From the NCBI GenBank assembly GCA_934276735.1, contig CAKQTG010000001.1, positions 224,455-288,454 on the forward strand: a DNA stretch of 64,000 nucleotides, read 5' to 3'. Shown piece by piece: positions 56,013 to 64,000 of the stretch (the first letter of the stretch is position 1; each line of letters starts with the position of its first letter). A program made the translations under genes and the position numbers. A model generated the notes under the pieces. The model searched no databases. It worked only from the letters and a program-made list of their open reading frames with translations, and was not told where the DNA came from. The DNA comes from an uncultured Alphaproteobacteria bacterium. Lineage in GTDB: Bacteria > Pseudomonadota > Alphaproteobacteria > Rs-D84.

Positions 56013-58271
56013 ATGGAAGGACAATCGAAATTTTTACCAGAACGCGTTACTGGCGCGTTAAAGAGTTTTGCGCGTCGCATTGTTGGTGGCGCAGTGGCAG
56101 CGTTGGGACTGTGGGCAATATTTGCATTGTTGTTTTTAAATCCATATCTGGACGGTTTTTCTACGGCCAGCACGCTGGGGACGCAAACGTTGATGGGAAA
56201 TGTGGCGGCATTTTTACTTTATGCGATTGGTGTGGTGCCAGCATTGTTTTTATTACTGTGTATCGTGCGTGCTGGTGTGGCACGTGTCGCAAACTGGAAT
56301 GAAACGGTTGCACCCGAATACAATCTGGTGCGTGTGTTTGTGACGCTATGCCTGGGGGTAGCGGCGTTTGGGTTGATTTTCCCTCGGGGTGTGTTTGGTG
56401 GACTGGCCGGGGCGATTGTGGCGACCGATGTTACTTCACTGGTTGATGGCTGGGGCATATTGGTTGGTATTTTGTGCCTGGCGGGATTTTTGTTGCTTGG
56501 TGGCATGATTTTACATGTTCGTTGGTCACACGTGCGTGCAACGTTGCGTATGGTGCGTCGCGTTGTTGGTTGGATTATGACAGCGTTCCATCTGGCGCGA
56601 CCAGCTGTGGCTGATGAAAATGTAGATGATGATGAATCAGAGTCAGATGGGGACACTGACGAAGAGGAATACGCAGACGAAGATGTCGAGCCAGATGAAA
56701 AGCCTGTGCGTACGTCGCGTACCAATCGCAACGTGGCGAAAAAGCCGTCGCGTCGCAATACGTCTGGGCACATAGATGCTGCACATCAATACGAATTACC
56801 AGACCCGGCGTTCGTAGAAAAATCAAATTTTGGTAAAAATGTTGTGACGCCTGAATTAAAACGAAATGCCGCCGCGATGGAGGTGCACTTTGCTGAATAT
56901 GGCGTCCACGGCAAGGTGGTTGGTATTCGGCCAGGGCCGATTGTTACGCTGTATGAATTTATGCCAGACAGTGGGACGCGTATGGTTGATGTCAGCAAGA
57001 CGGTCAAGGATATGACACGTGCCATGGCAACGGAAAATATCCGTATCGCGCATATCCCAGGAACACAATTGATTGGTGTTGAGATGGTGAATCTAAAACG
57101 CCAGATGGTGCGTTTCCGCGGGCTGATTGATAATGATACTTTCCGGACATCAAAGTATAAAATACCGCTGGCATTGGGTGTGGATATTGGTGGTAACCCA
57201 ATGTATTTTGATTTGGCAAAAATGCCCCATGTATTGATTGCTGGGCGCACGGGGTCTGGAAAATCTGTGTTTGTGCAATCAATTATCATGTCAATTTTAT
57301 ACCGTTATACGCCAGATAAATGCAAATTGATGATAGTTGATCCAAAGGGTGTTGACTTTACACTGTGGGATGATATTCCCCATTTGGTCACGCCTGTGAT
57401 GAAGGACGCGAACGAGGCTGTAAATGGTCTGAAATGGTCGGTGCGCGAAATGGAAGAACGTTATAAACGTTTGCAAATGTTGGGTGTCCAGAATATAGAA
57501 GGTTATAACGATGTGGTTGCGAAAAAGCGTGCGGCGGGCGAAAAACTGACGCGCCAGGTTGTTGTTGGCACTGACGAAGAAACAGGCGAAATGTTGTTTG
57601 AGACACAAGAAGTGGATTTGTCTGATATGCCGTATCTGGTTATCATCGTGGACGAGGTGGCCGACCTGATGACGGTTGCGCGCAAGGATGTAGAACTGTG
57701 TTTGCAACGTATTGCACAAAAGGCACGTGCGGCAGGTATTCATCTGGTTATGGCGACCCAGCGTCCAGACGCAACGACAATCACTGGTGTCATCAAGGCG
57801 AATTTCCCAATGCGTATTTCGTTCCAGGCGCGTAGTAACATTGACTCTATGACAACATTGGGTGAAAAGGGCGCAGAAAATCTGTTGGCGTGTGGCGATA
57901 TGTTATTCAGCGAGGCTGGACGTCCCCCAGTGCGTATCCATGGTGCATTTATTGAAAATACCGAAATCAATCGCGTGGCTGATTTCCTGCGCAGTCAGGG
58001 CGCACCAGAATATGTCGCGGGCATAACAGATTCCACAGATGACAGTGGTATGTCTGGAATTCCGGGGGCGGCCCCGTCGCGTGCGGACAAGGACTCTGAC
58101 CTGTATACCCAGGCCAAGGAATGTGTCCTGCGGGATAAAAAACCGACGATTTCATATATCCAGCGCAGATTGCAAATCGGATATAACAAGGCCGCCGGAT
58201 TTATGGAACGGATGGAGCAAGAAGGCATCGTCAGCCCACCAGACGCCAATAATAAACGGCATATTTTATAG
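56013..58271 (+). CDS. ftsK: DNA translocase FtsK
   Basis: N-terminal TM region, acidic linker, motor domain LIAGRTGSGKSVFVQSII...IVDEVADLM, C-terminal gamma domain. Confidence 0.9.
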   Translation: MEGQSKFLPERVTGALKSFARRIVGGAVAALGLWAIFALLFLNPYLDGFSTASTLGTQTLMGNVAAFLLYAIGVVPALFLLLCIVRAGVARVANWNETVAPEYNLVRVFVTLCLGVAAFGLIFPRGVFGGLAGAIVATDVTSLVDGWGILVGILCLAGFLLLGGMILHVRWSHVRATLRMVRRVVGWIMTAFHLARPAVADENVDDDESESDGDTDEEEYADEDVEPDEKPVRTSRTNRNVAKKPSRRNTSGHIDAAHQYELPDPAFVEKSNFGKNVVTPELKRNAAAMEVHFAEYGVHGKVVGIRPGPIVTLYEFMPDSGTRMVDVSKTVKDMTRAMATENIRIAHIPGTQLIGVEMVNLKRQMVRFRGLIDNDTFRTSKYKIPLALGVDIGGNPMYFDLAKMPHVLIAGRTGSGKSVFVQSIIMSILYRYTPDKCKLMIVDPKGVDFTLWDDIPHLVTPVMKDANEAVNGLKWSVREMEERYKRLQMLGVQNIEGYNDVVAKKRAAGEKLTRQVVVGTDEETGEMLFETQEVDLSDMPYLVIIVDEVADLMTVARKDVELCLQRIAQKARAAGIHLVMATQRPDATTITGVIKANFPMRISFQARSNIDSMTTLGEKGAENLLACGDMLFSEAGRPPVRIHGAFIENTEINRVADFLRSQGAPEYVAGITDSTDDSGMSGIPGAAPSRADKDSDLYTQAKECVLRDKKPTISYIQRRLQIGYNKAAGFMERMEQEGIVSPPDANNKRHIL

Positions 58272-58277
58272 TAAAAA

Positions 58278-58304
58278 ATACCGGCATTTGCCGGTGTTTT
58301 TTAT
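58278..58304 (+). terminator. Rho-independent terminator after ftsK
   Basis: accggcatttgccggt followed by gttttttat. Confidence 0.7.
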
Positions 58305-58361
58305 GCTTTTTTATAGGCGCGTTTTGTGGTATAATTTACGTAACGAAAAAGGAGTTTTTTT

Positions 58362-59591
58362 ATGAAAAAGCAAATGTCTTTGTTTATTTGGGCGGTTGCC
58401 ATGTTGGGTATGAATCCCGTGCTGGCCGCGACAAACACGGGTGCACGCGCGGCATCCAGTGTTGATTTTTCGAACCAGCCGGCGACGCGTGCACGCACAA
58501 ATGTAAATTATCAAAAGTACCAGACACGCACAACCACGAGAACATATGATGCCAAGGACGCAAAGAATACTTATTACACCCAGCCACAGAATCGCAGCGC
58601 GCTGTATAAACAGTATGACGCGGGTCGCACAACAAAAACTACAACTGTTCGCACAACACGTGCGGATACATATCGCAGTGAATTAAAACGCAAATATTTC
58701 TTGGCGCATCCGTTCTTTCAGCCGTTGGGTGGCAAGTTTGGTTCGATAACCGATTTGTCATATGGTATGAATTCGTATGATATTAAACTGACACCATTGT
58801 CTGGGTATGATATTTCTGATACCAAGGCCAAGTGGGACGGCAAACAGTTTTCAATCAAGGAAGATTTCAGTTATGGTATCACCGACCGTATCGCGGTGTT
58901 GGGTATGTTGCAGTATGATTTTGCAAAATATAAATTTGATTGGTCAACCGCACCAGATGATAAAATGGATAACAATGATTTGAATCTGTTCGGGCTGGGC
59001 GGCCAGTGGCGTTTTATCGATAACGACAAATGGATTGCAACCGCATCTGCGTATTACCAGCACCAGAAAGATATTTCCAATAACTTTATTTTGGATGTCA
59101 AGGCCGGATACAAGATTTTGTCATCGACAATCTATGGTTTGGTGCGCGGTTGGTATGTTGACTTTGACGGTAATTCATATGGTAATGGGATAGAGGGAAA
59201 AACCGCCGAAGGCAATGATTCCAGCATCTTTATCGCATACAAGACCGATGTTGACAGCGCGTTCTATGTCGAAGGCGGACTGGGTGTGTTCAGCGTCCTG
59301 GATCAGGATTGGACATTTAACCTGGAAGCGTTGTTCGGCAACTATGACTGGCACAACCAGGCATCGTTAAAAGCGGCAATTGGGTGGCAACCAAATGATT
59401 GGTTCGCATTAAACCTGTATGGCAAAACATCAATTTATGACAGTGCCGATGACAAGACATTGGGTTACTGGGCATATGGTGCGTTGAATGCGTCGGGTGT
59501 TCCTGTGTATCAATGGCAGCAGCATGGTAATGCCAAAATCAGCAGTTATTCAGAAACAACTGTGGGATTGCAGGCGATATTCCAATTCTAG
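58362..59591 (+). CDS. outer-membrane beta-barrel protein, hypothetical (409 aa) with Thr/Arg-rich N-terminal extension
   Basis: Signal peptide ...NPVLAAT; alternating amphipathic strands; C-terminal aromatic residue (QAIFQF). Confidence 0.6.
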   Translation: MKKQMSLFIWAVAMLGMNPVLAATNTGARAASSVDFSNQPATRARTNVNYQKYQTRTTTRTYDAKDAKNTYYTQPQNRSALYKQYDAGRTTKTTTVRTTRADTYRSELKRKYFLAHPFFQPLGGKFGSITDLSYGMNSYDIKLTPLSGYDISDTKAKWDGKQFSIKEDFSYGITDRIAVLGMLQYDFAKYKFDWSTAPDDKMDNNDLNLFGLGGQWRFIDNDKWIATASAYYQHQKDISNNFILDVKAGYKILSSTIYGLVRGWYVDFDGNSYGNGIEGKTAEGNDSSIFIAYKTDVDSAFYVEGGLGVFSVLDQDWTFNLEALFGNYDWHNQASLKAAIGWQPNDWFALNLYGKTSIYDSADDKTLGYWAYGALNASGVPVYQWQQHGNAKISSYSETTVGLQAIFQF

Positions 59592-59646
59592 AGAAATTGG
59601 ATAAATATGGTCGGTGCACGCGTGGCGCGCCCGACCGTGATTTTAT

Positions 59647-60384
59647 GTGGGGATGATGGTGATGCGTAAAATTTTATCGTGTATTTTTATTTTGTCGTGC
59701 ATATTTGTGGGCGCGCCGGCGGTTGCAGATGACGCGATTTCGCGCGATACGTCGGATCCGCTGTATATGCAGGGACACAAGGAAATTTTATCAAAATCAA
59801 CATTGACATTTTGGGACAATATTTTACGTGCCGGTCAGGATTTGTCATATGGTATAAATGACCGTCTGGCATTGGGTGCGAATATTCATTACCAATTGGA
59901 TTTTGATGGCGATGAAGATGGGTTTTCGGCGGCAGATTTTGGCGGTGTGTATCGTTTGGCGCGCGCCGATGACAATGATGCGCGTATGGTGACGGACGCG
60001 CTGTTTGGTTTGCGGTTGGGAGGTTCGTCACATGTGCGCACACCATATTTCGCAGATTCAACATATTACGCCGGATTGCGATTTGGTCGCCAGTGGGAAC
60101 AGTTCACATTGGCAGGCACAATAAAATCCAGTTGGATTTTTGATGATACGCGCGGGATGTCATACATTGACATGACGCCCGAGGCATATTTTCGTATTGC
60201 GCCCGATATGCGTATCGGCATGGACTTTACATGGCGCAAGGCAACAAACCCAGATTATAACCAGGAATGGTTGGGGGGTAAATTTGTTCGTCAATACGGC
60301 CGCACGCAATACGTTGGACACATTGACTATGAATTCGAAAGTGATGATTTCCAGGTTGGTGCCCAGGTAAATATTTTATTCTGA
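59647..60384 (+). CDS. outer-membrane beta-barrel protein, paralog of upstream OMP (245 aa)
   Basis: Signal peptide; shared block SYGI(T/N)DR(I/L)A(V/L)G; terminal ...VNILF. Confidence 0.55.
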   Translation: MGMMVMRKILSCIFILSCIFVGAPAVADDAISRDTSDPLYMQGHKEILSKSTLTFWDNILRAGQDLSYGINDRLALGANIHYQLDFDGDEDGFSAADFGGVYRLARADDNDARMVTDALFGLRLGGSSHVRTPYFADSTYYAGLRFGRQWEQFTLAGTIKSSWIFDDTRGMSYIDMTPEAYFRIAPDMRIGMDFTWRKATNPDYNQEWLGGKFVRQYGRTQYVGHIDYEFESDDFQVGAQVNILF

Positions 60385-60387
60385 TAT

Positions 60388-61668
60388 TTACTTTTTTGCG
60401 TTTAATTTTTCGCGCAGTGCGTCCCAGTATTCCAAACGCTTTTTAATTTCGCGTTCAAATCCGCGTTCAACCGGGGTATAGAATTTTTGTCGTGGCATTG
60501 ATTCTGGGAAACAGTTTTGTCCGGAAAATCCAGATGCGGTATCCGGCTCGTAAATATACCCGGCGCCATATCCCATGTTTTTCATCATTTTTGTTGGTGC
60601 GTTTAAAATATTCTTTGGTGGCATCAGGCTGCCCGTGGCACGGGCCGCGGCATACGCCGCATTTTGTGCACGATAATTTCCAATACTTTTTGGCGCGGTG
60701 CCCAGATAGATTACCAATTCGGTCAGGGCCAGGTCGCCTTCGGGACTGCCCATGCGTTCATATAATTGCCATGCTGTCAGCGCAATTTGCATTGCGTTCG
60801 GGTCGGCCAGACCGACATCTTCCATTGCAAAACGCGCCAGACGTCGAAACAGATACATTGGGTCTTGGCCTGATGTCATCATGCGTGCCGTCCAATACAG
60901 GGCCGCATCGGTGTCCGATGCACGTAGTGATTTATGCACAGCAGAAATCAAATTATAGTGTTCGTCGCCTGATTTGTCGGATAATGGTGCACGCTTTTGA
61001 ACGGCGGCGTCCAGACCATCTGAATCCAGAACGTGCTTGAAATTTGCGTTGATTAAATATTCAATTGTGTTCAGCAAGAATCGCGCATCGCCATCGGCAA
61101 TGTCGGACAAGTGGGCACGTGCATCTTCGTTCAGGGGGAGTTTTTTGCCCGTAAATTTTTCAGCGCGATTTATCAATTCCATTAAATCATCATGCGACAA
61201 TCCTGACAGAATCCCAACGTGACATCGTGACAATAGCGCATTGTTCAAATTAAAACTGGGGTTTTCGGTGGTTGCGCCCATGAACACAACCGTGCCATCT
61301 TCCAGATAGGGCAGCAATGTATCCTGTTGCGTTTTGTTAAAACGGTGTATTTCGTCAATAAACAATAATGTGTTACGCCCCAGGTTTCGATTTAATTTCG
61401 CGGTTTCCATTGCCTTTTTTATATCGGCGGTGCCCGAAAACACCGCAGACATTGGCACAAAATCCATATCAACCGAATTTGCCAGTGCGCGTGCAATTGT
61501 GGTTTTCCCACATCCCGGTGGCCCCCATAAAATCAGATTTGATAATTTTCGATTATCAACCATGCGACGTACCAGACCGTTTTCACCCAATAGTTGTGCC
61601 TGGCCGATGACGTCGTCAATGGTTTGGGGGCGCATTAAATCGGCAAGAGGTCTGGTATCGTTTGGCAT
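60388..61668 (-). CDS. rarA: replication-associated recombination protein A (RarA/MgsA)
   Basis: IDDVIGQAQLL...LILWGPPGCGKTTIARALA; AAA+ plus MgsA C-terminal domain. Confidence 0.9.
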   Translation of the reverse strand: MPNDTRPLADLMRPQTIDDVIGQAQLLGENGLVRRMVDNRKLSNLILWGPPGCGKTTIARALANSVDMDFVPMSAVFSGTADIKKAMETAKLNRNLGRNTLLFIDEIHRFNKTQQDTLLPYLEDGTVVFMGATTENPSFNLNNALLSRCHVGILSGLSHDDLMELINRAEKFTGKKLPLNEDARAHLSDIADGDARFLLNTIEYLINANFKHVLDSDGLDAAVQKRAPLSDKSGDEHYNLISAVHKSLRASDTDAALYWTARMMTSGQDPMYLFRRLARFAMEDVGLADPNAMQIALTAWQLYERMGSPEGDLALTELVIYLGTAPKSIGNYRAQNAAYAAARATGSLMPPKNILNAPTKMMKNMGYGAGYIYEPDTASGFSGQNCFPESMPRQKFYTPVERGFEREIKKRLEYWDALREKLNAKK

Positions 61669-61749
61669 TTTATATTTATTTTACTTTAATTTTATTTATT
61701 GTTTATTTTGTGATATAATAACTGTATTAAATATCCAAGGGATTATCAA

Positions 61750-62124
61750 TTGATAAATAACGATAAAAATTCTGACTTTACATTGGCGGTCGCCAATCTG
61801 GCGGCGGCGGCGATTGCGGCGAATCCGGGGTTGACGATGACGGCGGCGGTTGCGGCGGCGCGTGAAACATTGCGCGGGGCGTCGGCAACACCGGCCCAGA
61901 TTGCGGCATCGGTCCGACCGGATAAAATTCAATGTCTGGAAGATGGCACCTGGCACATAATGCTGCGCCGGTATATTCGTCGCAAATTTAATATGACACC
62001 GGACGCGTATCGTGAAAAGTGGGGACTGCCGGCGGACTATCCATTTGTTGCGCCGAACTATGCATTACATCGGTCCAAGATTGCCAAGAAATCAGGCCTG
62101 GGAAAAACAAAGCGGGGAAAATAA
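61750..62124 (+). CDS. MucR/Ros-family transcriptional regulator-like protein (zinc ligands partly substituted)
   Basis: C-terminal FNMTPDAYREKWGLPADYPFVAPNYALHRSKIAKKSGLG matches the Ros/MucR conserved tail; CLED in place of the CxxC. Confidence 0.6.
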   Translation: MINNDKNSDFTLAVANLAAAAIAANPGLTMTAAVAAARETLRGASATPAQIAASVRPDKIQCLEDGTWHIMLRRYIRRKFNMTPDAYREKWGLPADYPFVAPNYALHRSKIAKKSGLGKTKRGK

Positions 62125-62126
62125 AA

Positions 62127-63990
62127 ATGTCTGAAAAATTTAGAAAGGTTGTAAATGCACCGCATCGCGCGATGGGCGAACTGAACAAGAAAATTGCCCA
62201 ATCAGATGTGAATACATTTGTGCGCGCCACCGGAATGACAGTGACGGCATTGTTTCAATTCTTGTTGTGGGCGACGAAATACGCGACGCTGGACAACCAT
62301 CTGTTGCGCGCGATGGAACGCAGAAATGCGAACAAGAAAATTGCAAAAAACAAAAACGGGGAAAATAAAAAGATGTCTGAATTTTCAAAAAAATATCCAA
62401 ATTTATCGGCGCATTTATTGTATTACCTGATGTTTGCAATGACACTGGGTGGCGTCAAGACGGCGCGTGATAACATGAATAGCGTTGCCCATGTCGAGCC
62501 CCAAGAAATTCATATTGCACAGCCCGTCACGCGCGCACAACCAAATACGTATGGCGCGTATCTGGAGCGTATGCGTCCAATTACGCCTTTTTTGATTGCA
62601 GATTTGCTGGCCAAAGAAGGGGTCAAGGTTGATGAAAAAACAGGTCTGCATATCCCATACAAGGACAGCCGTGGTGTTTGGACGATTGGATTTGGGTCGA
62701 CAATGTTGTCTGATGGTACCAGGGTGACCAAGGATACCAAACCAATCACAACGCAACAGGCATATGATTTGGCAAAGTGGCACCTGGAACACGGCGAAAC
62801 ATATTTTACAATGTATTGTTATGATGTTGCGATGGGTGGTGTCAACATCAACACCACGACCGAGGCACTGGCCATGGCGTCGGTTATATATAATGCCGGG
62901 ACCAAGGTTATCGAGAATCCGCGTGACAGAAGCCATCGCGAACGTTTCGAACTGTTACGTCAAGATTTTAAAAAGTATGGAACAAATATGCCAGACAGCC
63001 TGGTGCGCCAGCGTTTTGCAGAACACCCGATAGTGGCAGAAACCAGTCTGGGGCGCGCGTGGTTGCATGGCAAAAGCCCCAAGGTTGTTGCGGGTCGTAT
63101 TGGAAATTTCCTGGCGGGTGGGGCGGGCCTGCGTTGGCGTCGCTGGTTAGAGGCGGGGGTGTTGACCGGGGACGTGACGCCCGAAATGTTGATGAATTGC
63201 CCGATGGGCGGAATGCCTGAATTCTATTATCTGGTTGGTGGTGACAAGGCAAAGTTTTTTACCGGTGACGAAGAGCATCGCACGGTAAATCGCCAGCTGT
63301 TCAAGGAATGGCATAAATGGTTAAAAAATCCTGTCAATCGCCATGGAAACTCTATGGCCAATGCGCCCAAGGTCAAGGATTTCTTGCCCCAAGATGTTCA
63401 GTTGCTGTGCCAGAACAATAAATGCGAATTGGGGACGGATATAAATATGTATGCCCAACAACAGGCCCCTCGCGAAACAAATCCTGCGCCGGTTATGCGT
63501 GATGCCGCGCCAGCACCGGTAAATTATGATGACATGCGCGCCAGTGCAGACGCCGCATACAGAAATGGTAATTACCAGGACGCATCCCAGAAATATTTGT
63601 CATTGATTGAAGCGTCACCAAATGATGCAAGTCTGCGTAACGATATTGCCGCGACATATAATAAAATGGCACAGTATGATATGGCGATATCACAATCGCG
63701 CGATGTGATAACACGTATCAAGGATAAACGGCAATTTGGTGCCGCGTATTACAACGCTGGGTTTGCCTATGAACAAAAGGGCGATTTACAGCGGGCGTTG
63801 GCTAACTATAAATTAGCGGTGGTCAATGGCAACAAACGGGTGCAACGTGATGTTACGCGTGTTACACAACTGACCCAGAGAAGAGACGCGGTAAAAAATA
63901 CGCGTGGTAAAAATTTGGCATTTAATTCTGGGGCGGAAAAAGTTAAAAAATCTGCCACCATAAAAATGCGCAATGTGCACGATTTGGCCG
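62127..63990 (+). CDS. GH24 lysozyme-domain protein with C-terminal TPR repeats; 3' end truncated by window; alternative in-frame start at 62373
   Basis: No stop from 62127 to window end. ...LAKEGVKVDEKTGLHIPYKDSRGVWTIGFGST... is the phage-type lysozyme E-D-T catalytic block. C-terminal ...YNKMAQYDMAISQSRDVITRIKDKRQFGAAYYNAGFAYEQKGDLQRALANY is TPR-like. Confidence 0.6.
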
Positions 63991-64000
63991 CACGCGACGA

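Noticed and set aside
1-64000. CRISPR arrays, rRNA genes, transposases/IS elements
   Set aside because: No regularly spaced direct repeats, no rRNA-like conserved blocks and no transposase-like ORFs were seen on either strand.

Overview
This 64 kb window looks like a compact alphaproteobacterial chromosome segment. The context genes are addB, mucR/ros, DUF721/dciA, secB, lolCD with a single LolC/E permease, and a divergent lpoA-rsmI pair. I cannot infer GC% or the organism beyond that.

Gene density is about one gene per kb, with short intergenic spacers and many GC-hairpin/T-run terminators. Most of the window is housekeeping: aspS, uvrB, tsaE, ftsQ-ftsA, lolCD, rsmI, engB, addB, xth, mnmE, ruvA, yebC, ruvC, secB, mltA, recA, typA, serS, trxB, xerD, lptF/G, greA, mutL, yajC-secDF, ftsK and rarA. 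There are two tRNAs, tRNA-Gly(TCC) and tRNA-Tyr(GTA).

The accessory content worth a second look:
- An exported-protein locus at roughly 10.5-18.2 kb. It holds a small lipoprotein, a secretin-like lipoprotein, LolC/E-LolD, and three co-oriented secreted or surface proteins. These are a membrane-anchored repeat protein, a Cys-rich tandem-repeat secreted protein, and an AT-rich TbpB/fHbp-like 'FGAK'-terminated surface lipoprotein. The locus sits immediately upstream of the tRNA-Gly/Tyr pair.
- A six-gene glycosyltransferase island between recA and typA.
- An in-frame ftsA-rpe fusion in a dcw cluster remnant that lacks ftsZ.
- An RPE-like nest of palindromes at the 5' end of a DUF559 gene.
- Heptanucleotide tandem repeats, one inside mnmE and one intergenic.
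- A partial lysozyme (GH24)-TPR protein with a duplicated start region next to a MucR-like regulator.

No CRISPR array, transposase, phage integrase or rRNA was found. All calls rest on reading the six-frame translations and the sequence by eye. No database searches were run.
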